Below, in pieces: positions 38,641 through 49,651 of a stretch of 64,000 nucleotides of DNA (its first letter is position 1; the number at the start of each line of letters is the position of its first letter). Under the pieces are notes generated by a model, which did not search any database, had not been told where the DNA came from, and worked only from the letters and a program-made list of their open reading frames with translations. This stretch comes from Leidyana gryllorum EB-2025a (taxonomy: Eukaryota; Protista; Apicomplexa). Made by a program: the position numbers and the translations under genes. The DNA lies in assembly GCA_048772705.1 (NCBI GenBank), contig JBLWGC010000186.1:1-64000 (forward strand), given 5' to 3'.

Positions 38641-39803
38641 TCAATTCACGGGCACATACTGACGAGGAGGCTCTTTAGTTCTGGATCGGCCAAAGACGCT
38701 GAACACAGAGTTACTCGGGGCGATCCCTCGCTGATGGGCGAAAGCTTCATAGGGACTGGGGCGGCGTCGCCGCCGAGCGTAGCATACACAACCACTCCCG
38801 GCCAGCGCCACAGCACCCACAGAAGCCAACATTAGTCTGCCGGTATGGGATGTAGAAGATTTAGATTCAACAGCAATAGTGACCGGAGCGATCCCAGGAA
38901 GGTCGTCGGGTTGGTCGTTGCTTTCGGCATCGTCAGACTCATCTTGGCCGACATCAGCCTTCGGGAAGACGCTATCGTTTCCAGACAAGCGATTCTGGAG
39001 GATGTTCCTGGCGTCATCGATCTCGTCTCGACTGCGCACATCCAGTCCTGGCGGGACAGCAGCGGGGGCTAAGGTTACCGTCTGGACTCCCCCCACTAAC
39101 CCAGTTTGCGCGTTATCAGAATCAGCGTCAGCTTTGCTTCCCTCCTCATCGCTGTCTGCCGGTGCCTCCTCGCCGAGTTGCTGATTGGTGGCTTCGCCTT
39201 GAGCGTTTCCCAGGAGGCCATTGAGGAAGTGGAAGCCAGGCTGACTGGTGGGTAATACGGGCGACACATTTGGATCATCAGCGTTGGGAGGGGCTTTATT
39301 TGGATCCGCCGCCGGTTGCAAGGCGGTCATCAAAACTGCTGAAGGCGCAGTGTCGTCGCGGAATAAAGCATCGACATCGACCTTCGTGACTCCTTCGGGC
39401 AGACTCAAATTGAGGGCGGGTAATGGAAGAGGCGGCAGGTCAAGTGCCGATGCCGCTTGGGTGGGGGCGTTCTCGGGCTTTGCGGGGACAGTCATGGACT
39501 TGATGAGATCTGGAGGCGGCGGGGCGTCGCCATTGTCCTCGACGTTCGGGGCAGCAGGGATACGGAACGGTCTGAGGGCCGAGTCTCGCGGTTCGGCATT
39601 GTCAGCAGGGAGGTCGACACCAAGCTTTGCCGCTAGCTGGGGAGAGCCGAATAGAGCTTTGACCCCACCCGCCTCTGATGAGAAGGGACAACAGCAGTTA
39701 TCAAACAGACAAAGAGCGAGAACTGACCTCCAGCAGCAGTGTCAAGAGACCCCTCGACGACGACAGCTAGGGCAACGAAGAGCAGATACAATTGTATCCC
39801 CAT
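38641..39803 (-). CDS. Type I membrane surface protein, Pro/Ala/Asp-rich (2 exons)
   Basis: Signal peptide MGIQLYLLFVALAVVVEG; in-frame intron; C-terminal TM LMLASVGAVALAGSGCVCYA followed by RRRRR. Confidence 0.8.
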
Positions 39804-39873
39804 AGTTGGTGGTGGTCAAAAAACTTGTTCTTCTTGTCTGATGCGTGGCACCACATTGCACAGCAGTCCGACT

Positions 39874-42236
39874 ATGCGACTTCGTCGTCTGGCTCGCCGA
39901 ATTAGGTATGGCGGCGGCGGATGTCTGAGGACAATGCTGTTCCTTTGGCCCTTTTGTACTGCCATTCTAGTGTATCTGTACTTCAGTCGATGGAATATGT
40001 CGACGCTGAACGATACGCAGATAGTGACACCGCGGGGTTTATTCAAAGGCAAATACGACGCCGGATTGGCGGCCACAGAGGAGTACGACATTCCCTTCTG
40101 GGCCCCTGATCTAGATCCACAAATACGCAAGGGCGCCAACGGTCCCCCTTTATTGACCGAAATACCTCCCAGACCCAAGTGGTTCAAGAAGATTGCCACT
40201 GAGATGCGGTTTGCGTACTTATCTGACGAAAAGCTTATGCCATATGTGGGGTCCGCGCAGTGGGCAGGAAAGTTCAAGAACGCGAGTCGCCCCTATTATA
40301 ATGCGCTGGCCGTGTTCCCCAAAGCCTCGGACACACCAGATGAATTCGGGATCACCAGAATGCATGGAATCCTCGGCGTTGACGAAAATGCCAACCCGCT
40401 CTGGAGACCTGCGAGTCAACCACCTCCGGCCAAAGAGTACCCGGGCGGTCTGGAAGCTGCCTTGAAAAATGGCGGCTTCTACCTAAATCTCTCGAATGCT
40501 CTGCCCCTCGATAGAGAAGTTCCTGATTATCGCGAAGACGTCTGTAAAGAACAGACCTTCGATTTAACAAAGCTCCCCGATGCCTCGGTGGTCATCACTT
40601 TCTATAACGAACCCCTCTCCACCCTTCTGAGATCAGTTCACAGTGTTCTCAACCGCACCCCTCCCCCGATTTTGCGTGAGATCATTTTGGTAGACGATCA
40701 CTCCAACCTCACCGAGAACCTCCCCGGCTCCGCACTGTATTACTATATCCAAACCCTCCCCAAGACCAAACTCATCCGCATGGGTGAGCGCAAAGGGTTG
40801 GTGCACGCGCGTCTCGCCGGAGCCCGCGCTGCGAGTGGCAAAGTCCTCGTTGTCCTCGACTCGCACATCGAAGTCAACGCCGGCTGGCTAGAACCCATGT
40901 TGAATCGGATTGCTGAGAACCCGTAAGCCAAGCAAAGATTACCTCAGACGACTCAACACACACACACACACACACTCTCTCTGCAGGAGCTCTATTGTGT
41001 TTCCGCAAATTCTCGCCATTAACCCGGAGAACTTCAGTTACGACATACACAGTGGGATCGGATGCCGAATCAGTTTCAGATGGTCGATGGTGGAGCAGAG
41101 CTCACTTGCGGGAAAGGTTAAAGATCCCAGTCCTGTGGAGTCCCCGTCCATGGCTGGTGGCCTCTTTGCAGCCGACTTGGACTACTTTTGGCACATTGGT
41201 GGCTACGACGAGGGATTTAGTATGTGGGGAGCCGAGAACGTGGAGATGGGATTCCGCACGTGGCAATGTGGCGGCAGAATGGAGTGTCTGCCGTGCGCCA
41301 AGACGTTCCACATCTACCGCAAGAAGTGAGTCTGGGCCTGGGGCAGAGGAAAGACGTCTTGTCGTGCAGGGGGCATGGCTACGAGAGTCCGCACGACGCC
41401 ATTGTGCGTAACAGACTCAGGGCCGCTCGAGTGTGGACTGATGAGTTTTATGCCATTGCTGAGATCTTTATCCGAGGGAAAGAATTGCCCGACATGGGCA
41501 ACTTGGATAAGGTGAGCAGAGCGAGCAACAAGGTGTGGTTTCAAGTGGCCGCCGTAGATGTTGGCTCTGAGAGAGCGACTTGGATGCAAACCCTTCAAGT
41601 GGTTCTTGGACAATATTGATCCGGGCCACAGCATTCAGTCTGTGGAGTCGGTCGAATACCACGGATTCGTGCAGACCCGCCACCCGGAGCTTACTCGGTA
41701 CTGTTTGGATACAATGAGCAAGAACGAGGCGGGTGAAGAGTTTGGTCTCTTCCCTTGCCACTGGGAAGGCGGTACTCAAAACTGGGTCAAGGTCAAGTAA
41801 GTCAAAGCGGTGACACAGCAATCTTCGAACCTCTGATACAGAGAGACTTCTCAAATCCTGCCTGTTTGCAATGAGAGACTGTGCTTGTCTGCCAAGTTAA
41901 AGTTCGAGACGTGTGCTGATGCGAAACCAGCGACGGCCACGTGGTTCGTCTACGACGTGGACAAGCGGCTCAACATTGTGATGCTCAAACAGAAACAGTC
42001 GCCTGAGAAGTGTCTTACTGCCAAGTCTCACCCGGTAGGCCCAGTACAGAACGAGGTGCACATCTCTCCCTCGCCAGACTCGGCTCGTCATGGAAGATTG
42101 TGTTGAGCTGGAGCAAAGTCAGCTGTGGTACTGGACGCACTATGTGCCCAAGGAGGTCCCGGCCCTGACTTACAGTGAGGAGTACCTACGAGAGCGAGAA
42201 GCTTTCAAGGCTCCTTGGCAGAAGATAGATAGCTAG
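39874..42236 (+). CDS. Polypeptide N-acetylgalactosaminyltransferase, paralog B (alternative start 39841)
   Basis: Same GT27 motifs ([29 protein letters not shown]) plus a ricin domain. Confidence 0.95.
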
Positions 42237-42317
42237 TAATTAGTTGCACGTTGTGCATGTGACATTTGACAACCTCTGTGAAGTAATATAAAAGCAGTTA
42301 CAGTGAAGTGAAAGGCT

Positions 42318-43097
42318 ATGCCACCGAGAGGACGAGAATCCCAAAACCGCCAAGACTCCCAGGCATCCAGATCATCATCCCCCAGCCCCCAACGATTCGA
42401 TCCTACACCAAACACCACCCATAACGTACCCAGTACCATCACTGAGCCTTCCCATACTCCCAAACCTGACATGGACAGCGTTATGGCGCCGTCCGGAGGC
42501 GGACACCTCCAAGTCAATCTTGGCGGTCTCCCTGTTAGCTCCCCATCCCCAACTCCCACTCCTGGTAGTGCAGTGGCCCAAAATGTGCAGAGTCCAATCC
42601 CACCCGACGAGAGACCCGCGAGCAAATTCGGCCTTGAAAACGACGAAGGGGGAGGATCCAATGAATCCGCGTCAGTATACTTTGATCAGAAAAGTCGACC
42701 ACCAGCAAATGTTCCCACTTCGGATTTCGAGGAAGAAGGAGCAGACACCGAGACAGCTCACGGGCACCTGTCTAGCGTCCCTGCCACAGCACCTGAGCGA
42801 CCCCATCGCGATGTAGACTCATCACCCAGTGAAGAGGGTGGCTCGATACCCCAGCACGTTGGGAGACGTCGGATGGCGCCTCGTCCGCAGCAGCTTAGAC
42901 CAGGCAACTGTCTGTCTCGGGATAACCCCTTCTTAGCCTTAGGATATCAGATGTTTGCGAACCCACGGTGCGATGTGCCAGACTTGCCATCGTATATCGA
43001 CGGTACAGCCAAGGTACTTCCCTCTGAACATGGCTTGGTGGCAAGAGCGTTCCATAGAGCTCAGCTCCCTCCGGAGCCAGAGCCCTTTTTTAACTAA
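42318..43097 (+). CDS. Hypothetical Pro/Ser-rich protein
   Basis: 259-aa ATG-initiated ORF in the gap between genes. Confidence 0.6.
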   Translation: MPPRGRESQNRQDSQASRSSSPSPQRFDPTPNTTHNVPSTITEPSHTPKPDMDSVMAPSGGGHLQVNLGGLPVSSPSPTPTPGSAVAQNVQSPIPPDERPASKFGLENDEGGGSNESASVYFDQKSRPPANVPTSDFEEEGADTETAHGHLSSVPATAPERPHRDVDSSPSEEGGSIPQHVGRRRMAPRPQQLRPGNCLSRDNPFLALGYQMFANPRCDVPDLPSYIDGTAKVLPSEHGLVARAFHRAQLPPEPEPFFN

Positions 43098-43110
43098 ATA
43101 ATATTTAAAC

Positions 43111-43870
43111 ATGCTGACCTCCCAAGAAGCCAACGGGGCCCATATCTACTTTTACCAAACCCTCGTCGCAATCTGTGTAAGCCTTGAGGCCAGAGAATGT
43201 ATCACGTGTCGTTCCCGCTTGCCAACAGGCCGCAAAGGGAGATGACTGGACCGATATTGTAGAACAAGAAGAGAAGAGGCTATCCAGTGTCATCGCCGAG
43301 GCCAAACAGGCCGGTCGCGGTATAAGAAAAACAGTTCCAGCAGCCGAACTGCCGCCAGAGATTCAGGCATGTCTCATCCCAAAGTTGGGTCCCACCGATC
43401 CAGATGCAGCCGTGTCGTCGTCAGACGAGGACAAAGATGGAGCCGAAGCGAGCAGTAGCGATGAAGAGAACGACGAGGGACCCCAGGCCGCCCTCAAACC
43501 CACGAAACGTCAGAGCCGCGTTCGGGGATTGCTCTCTGTGGCTGGGTATGGACTCACTGATGTCACCTCGGCGGGTGGTGGGAAGCCCCGTAATCGCAAG
43601 GAGCCGCCGAATAGAAAACGGCCGCTCTCCGCCATCAGAACCGATCGCCTAATGGAGGACCCGTTTCCTGAACACTTCCCCCACGACTTCTTTCCAGGAT
43701 CCTACGAGGCCGGTCGAGTGTACATGGCCAGGGATATATACTACAACTACAGTGAGAAGGAAAAGGCGCGAGCCGCAGCCAAGAAGGGGCCCGGAAGGCG
43801 CGATCGCGGCTTAATAGTGGGAAATCTAGTCAAATCGTCAGCACGACCACCCCCGTTCGTGTTTAGATGA
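43111..43870 (+). CDS. Hypothetical charged protein (intron 43177-43228)
   Basis: ATG exon spliced in frame to the 228-aa ORF. It could instead be joined to the upstream ORF. Confidence 0.5.
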
Positions 43871-43900
43871 ACAAGAAGAAAGTTAAAGAGAATGACGCAA

Positions 43901-45411
43901 TTACAACAAATTACGATGGGTGAACTGAGTCTTAGTCCCGATGTCTCCAATGCAATGGCCGTTGCCGGTAAGTCTGCGGAGGGAAGGTAGATGGAACGGA
44001 GGTGAGGCAGACGAAAATGGAAACGAAGGCGTTGAGGCGTGGACGGAGGCGGGGAGGCGGGGACGGAGGCGTTGAGGCGGAGACAAAGTCAGGGACACTT
44101 ACCGGTATTTGTACAATGTGAGACCCTCCAGGCCGACAGGTCCACGAGAGTGGATGCGGTTGGTGCTAATACCGACCTCTGCACCAAAACCGTAACGGAA
44201 GCCGTCAGCAAATCTGGTAGAGCAGTTGGCGTACACACCAGCCGAGTCGACTTCCCGCTGGAATTGTTCGATCTTGGACTGGTTATCCGTCATGATGCAG
44301 TCCGTGTGACCAGAGCTATAGGTGTTGATATGCTCAATGGCTTCGTCAATGTTGTTCACAATCTTTACTGCAACAGTGTATGTGAGGTACTCTGTGCCCC
44401 ACGCCTTCTCGTCTGCCGCTTCAGTGCGGTCGGCGGGCAGATACTTTGCGCTCGCCTCGTCAGCTACAAACTTGACTGGCCACTGAGTGGTGGCCTCAGC
44501 ATAGAGTGGTAGAATTTTCTCAGCGATCTGCAGATACACACTTTCGAGTCCGAGGCGAGTATCCACTTCAGTAGACTTACATCTTTATGGACGAGGAGCG
44601 TTTCACACGCGTTACAAGCGGCAACATATTGAGTCTTTGACTCCACCATCACGCGAACAGCTTTGTGCAAATCCGCAATCTCATCGTCGACGTATATTTT
44701 GCAGATACCATCCGCATGTCCGAGGACGGGGATTTTGGTGGACTCTGGAGGCGGATTGGGGGCGATTGAGTGCAGTATGGTCTCACCTTTGATGTTCCGC
44801 ACCAATGCGTTGCTGCCGCGAGGAACAACGAGATCAATGTATTTGTCGCATTTGAGGAGTTCAGCGACTTGTTCCCGTGTCTCCACAAGTTGGAGGGCGT
44901 TGATGGGCACTCTGAACTCTGAGTTCGCTTTGGCCAGAGCGCTAGTGATAGCACGGTAGATGGCGCTGTTGGTATGGATAGCCTCTTTGCCACCCTTGAG
45001 TATCAGCGCGTTGCCAGATTTCAGCGCCAACGAACTGATCTGTACTCCCGCTTCCGGACGAGCCTCGTATATCGTCAAGAGGACGCCAATAGGACACGAG
45101 ACACGTTCCAGAATCAAGCCGTCAGTCAACTCTGTCTTCAAGTCGACCTTGCCGACAGGGTCGTCCAATTTCATCACCGCTTCCACTGAGCCAATCATAT
45201 CGGTGAACTTCTTGTCATCGAGAACCAATCGTTTGGCCAGCGGGCTGGCCGGATCACACTTGGCTACATCCTCCTTGTTGGCGGTCAAAATGTTGTCCCG
45301 TTCGGACACCAATGCCTCAGCGATATACTCCAAGGTGCGGTTTCGTGCCTCTGCACTCAAACCCGCCAGCTGACGAGATGCGATGCGAGCGTTCTGTGCC
45401 ACACTCTCCAT
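43901..45411 (-). CDS. proA: Gamma-glutamyl phosphate reductase (monofunctional ProA/PRO2)
   Basis: [79 protein letters not shown]. Confidence 0.95.
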
Positions 45412-45548
45412 TATTGAATACAAATTTGGAATCAAAGTTACTTTAGAGTTCTTTAGATAGCAATGACTCAGGACTACTTTCGATGTGTGTGTGTGTGTGT
45501 GCATTGTGTATTTCTCTTCTGCCCATTGGACGGACTGGCTGAGGACTA

Positions 45549-48500
45549 CTATCGCTGATTGGTAGTTTCTGAGTTGAAATCCGTCCATTGATCGTTCTCC
45601 CAACCCATATCAACGTCAAAATCCAGGTCCAAGTGGCTGTATAAGCCTTCTTCTTCTGAGTACTCCTGGGCTGCCTGAGCAGCCCCGCTGGCTCTAGTCG
45701 GGGCTAGTGGCATGGGATCTATAGCCATTCCCACGCACTCTCCGATCACTTGACACTTTTGCAGTACCTGCATCGTGGCCCACTGACCCATTCCGTGGGT
45801 TCCTCCCTGTAACGAGTGGTCGTCAACGTGTTGGGCCAGAACTCACCTCGTGACCAATACTGTCGGGACCCCAGACAGCCAGAATGTTCTCCAGGACACC
45901 TTGAATTGAATGCTTCAACGCCGCATTTATGGGCAGTTCAAAGTCGAAGAGATCTAAGGAGCAAAGTGGGCAGCAATGTCCGAGAAGTGCCTCACTTAGA
46001 AGAGCTACCGATCGCAAGAGATCGCACATTGACGCTGCGAAAGGCATAGAATAAGGCGCGCCGCACAAATCCAGAATGGACTCTAAGGTTTCCCGTAGTA
46101 AAGTGACATCGAAACAAGGTAACAGTTCCCGGACCATATTGAAAACTAGTTTGTACCCTGTGAAAGAAGAGGCGGCGTGTCGAAGCCCCGTGATGACGAT
46201 CAATGTCTCTCACCTGGGATGATTGAGATCTTCCAATCCGCTTCCCCAGCCCTCCAGGGTACGTTGACCTTGTTTATCGTACATTCGAAGTCGCGATCTG
46301 CAATTCCCATTTGAGCAATTGCAACTTGCAGGACTCGACGGCGCTGATTCTGAGTTTCTTCCGTCGCTATGCTGGGTCCTCCAAAGCTCTCTTCCAAGAG
46401 ACGTCTGTGAGATCGCGTTGTCGATCGATGTTGTATGAGAAACTCACTTGAAGAGTGACATAACGAGCACGCGTTTCCGAGGATGCCACATGGAGATTCG
46501 CTGCGAAAAAGTGAGTTTGAGGGCGGAGACCGGAATGTGGGCGCTCACCATCAAGACAGAGAGAAGGGCGGGGGTGACATTGTTGACGGGGTCAGGTCGA
46601 GCAGATGGGTATGTGGGGCTTGGGGAGTTATCATTGGTGGGTTCCGCGAGCAGTCCGCTGCTGTCGGCATTGAAGTTGCTGTTAGGCTTGCGGTACACAT
46701 CCTCGGGAAGAAGAACTTCGTCGAAAAAACGGAGTACGGCCGAAGCACCAGCGGAACTACCGATGCGCAGCGACATTAGCATAACGGAGTGGTCGCTGAA
46801 GGGGTCATCCATTTGTCTTCGCGCGAGGTGGTAAATCTCAAAGAGATCTCTGCGAGCGATTCGTTTATAACTTTCGATAGCGTCAGCGCAACTGCTGAAC
46901 ATTTCCTGCAGTTTGGCACATTGCGTTCTATCTTCGGGCTTGAAGGCCCGTAATCTCGAGCCCTCGTGAGGGTCTTTATAGACGTTGCTTTCCAGCATAC
47001 TCGGAACTTGGCTCCTCGCTATGTAGGAGGAAACGACCGATGCCGCCAAGCGAGGCCGTTTGGGCGTCACGCCTTCGCCATTCGCAGTGGTTGTCGGGAG
47101 AAGGAGCTCCGTTTCGTTGATTCGAATCGACGGAGTCGGGGCCCCGCTGAACGAACGTTTGCGTACTCCTCCGGTGGCGCTCGGAGCCATAGTGGGCAGC
47201 CTCGACGACCTCAAGTGAGACTCAGCCGCAGCGCTGGGAACATTGTGTGTCGGATAACTGCCACCATTTGGGGCGAAAGGGGCATTGTGCTGGTGGTGGT
47301 CGGATTCTCCCCCGTTACGACGGAGATCGACTTGCGTGTCTTCATCAATATCGTCATCATCGTCATCATCGTCGTCGTCATCGTCGTCATCGTCATCATC
47401 GTCGTCAGAGTTCATGGGAACAGCAGAAAAATGTACGCCCGCTGTTATAACGCTACGCAGTCGTGTGTCTTGTTGGAACTGTTCGTCTTCTTGTGGTTCC
47501 GGGGGTTTCCACGTGACGGTCTCTTCTTGAGCAGCCTGGCGCTGCAAATGTTGTACAACGAGCTCATAATTGGTGAGTGTGGTCAACATGATGATGAGCT
47601 CCACCAATTTGCCAACCGGCATATCGGTTGGCTGATTAGGAATTCTCGGACACACCAAGAATTCGAACAGTTGATCGAGCAACTGTGTCTCCCGAATCGC
47701 ATCCATGGGGGGTAATACCAGTTTGGTACTTCCTCGTCTATCACTCTCGTCTTCAGCCTCTTCGGCAATCACTTCTTCGTCCCCGGCTTGCGAGGCCGAC
47801 GGTAAGTTCCAAAACACCGGAAGAGAAGCCTTAGCCTTCACCTCCGCGGCGACCGGCCAATCGATCTCCTGAATGATCTCGCTGGGGGGCCGTTCCATGT
47901 CTCCCATCATGTGTGCGTGTTCGACGACTGCCAGGCCACTGAGGTCTTCGTTTTCATCGGTTCCGCCGAAAGCTCCCCCGAAACAGCTATCATCTCGGAG
48001 CATCTCACTCTCCCAGCTGAAGTGGGGGTTGAGAGCCTCGTTGGGAGTAATTTCCTGCATTTGATCCTCAATGTTTAGGGCTTGTGGGGGCAACGGGGTA
48101 GCCTCCTGGAACAACAGAAGCGTTCGATGCTTCTCGAACCTGCGGTTCACTCGGGCCAGGGCATCACAGATGTGTGTCAACGCCTCGCCGCTGATCACCA
48201 GCCGCCCTCTTTCATCAGTATCTCGAAGGTTCTTGAACAACTCAAACAAGTCAGGGTAATTAGGAAGGGCAGTGCAGAGTAATAATCGATCTGCGCAAGC
48301 AAACTCCGCCTTGGTCTCTCTCAAGTTGCGGAAGATCAGTTGAGCCAATCGTCGACAACTGGAGAACTCAGCCTGGCAATAGGGCAAAAAATGCAGAAGG
48401 GCTTGGGCGTAACAATAGGCGTTTTCGGCATGACACAAGAGACGCGAGATATTGTGGGGATCTCGATCGCCAAACTCGTAGGTATCGTCTTCCACCAGGA

Positions 48501-49586
48501 ATTCAACTAAAAGTTCTCCAAATGCTTTGGTGAAGATCGAGAAATGTGCAGTGATTTCAGAGAGTTGACCTTTGCTCGACACCTTGAAACCGTCGCTCAG
48601 TCGCTCGTGCCGCTCACAGTAGTCCTGGAGAAATGCACCCAGAAACTCACTACCTCTATTACGGTCGTAAAGCCTCCGTAATGTCTCCACAACCTGAGGA
48701 TCGCGTAACAGCGCCCAATAAAACGCCGGTGGTGTCCAGCCACCCTCTTGTTCAGCCAGCATCTGCTTGAAGGGGTCCGGCTGGAAATTCTGCGACAGAA
48801 TCAAACACAGACCTTCTGTCAGCTGCCATCCGATCAAACATTTCGTTTCCAAGATAACCAGTCGACCACTCACATAATCACTGGCAGTAAAAGCATTGCG
48901 ACCTCCGCCCGGCCCCGACGTCATTGACGTCAGCGGCTGCGGCCGCTGCTGCTGCTGCTGCTGCGAGTCGGAGGAAGAAGTGTTCATGTTGTTGGCGCTG
49001 CTGTTGGTCCCTGTCGCACTGACTCCTACGCCCCGCGATGTGCTAGGCGACTCTCCATCGACCGGTGGACCCGCACCACCAGCCACCATCCTAGCTCCCC
49101 CCTCGCCACCTCCTCCGAGCAGCATATCCTGAACCTCGTCAAGTTCTCGACACCATTCCGCCAGCAGCTCGCAAACTTTGGCCAACCCGGTGTAGTTCCG
49201 AATCAATTCCGAGACCGCCCCCTGCAGGCAGCAAACAGAGTCAGTGAGTGAGTGAGTGAGTGAAAGATTGTGCAGTGGGCGAGCGGAAGACGGGGGAGAG
49301 TGCCGAGTGGGGGGGACAGCAGATGGACAGCCAGCCCCCTCCTCATGATACTGCTCGTCTCTCCATCTCAGGTGACGACAATCGTTCCGAATGTAACGCT
49401 TCCGCTGCTCACCAGTTCGATAGAGTGGATGAGATCCAGGGGTGGGTCTTTATATGGGTCGATTCCCTGTGCTAAGAGCGTTTCATTGATATGGCGTTCC
49501 ACCGCCCCGCTTATGAGGGGGTCCATGATGGCATCCTCCGCCTCCAGGAGGCGGTTCCAGGCGGTGCCAGCCTCCTGCTGAGTCAT
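45549..49586 (-). CDS. NELF-C/D (TH1)-like protein with long low-complexity insertions
   Basis: EDAIMDPLI, LIRNYTGLAKVCELLAEW and NFQPD...PPAFYWALL...LRRLY recall the TH1 N-terminus (DYIMEP, ENYTAVAQTVNLLAEW, HFDP...PAWL), compared from memory. Confidence 0.7.
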
Positions 49587-49651
49587 ATCACCTCATCTGT
49601 GAGCTTTATCTGGTGAGACAGACCTCCTTTACACACCAAAAAAGTGGGTTT

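Noticed and set aside
43901-45411. ProA as a recent bacterial gene transfer
   Set aside because: It has three spliceosomal introns, and monofunctional ProA/PRO2 is known in other eukaryotes, including apicomplexans. A phylogeny would be needed to claim otherwise.
46966-47715. 249-aa ORF with a very hydrophobic I/V tract
   Set aside because: Antisense of the poly-Asp tract in the NELF-C/D-like gene.
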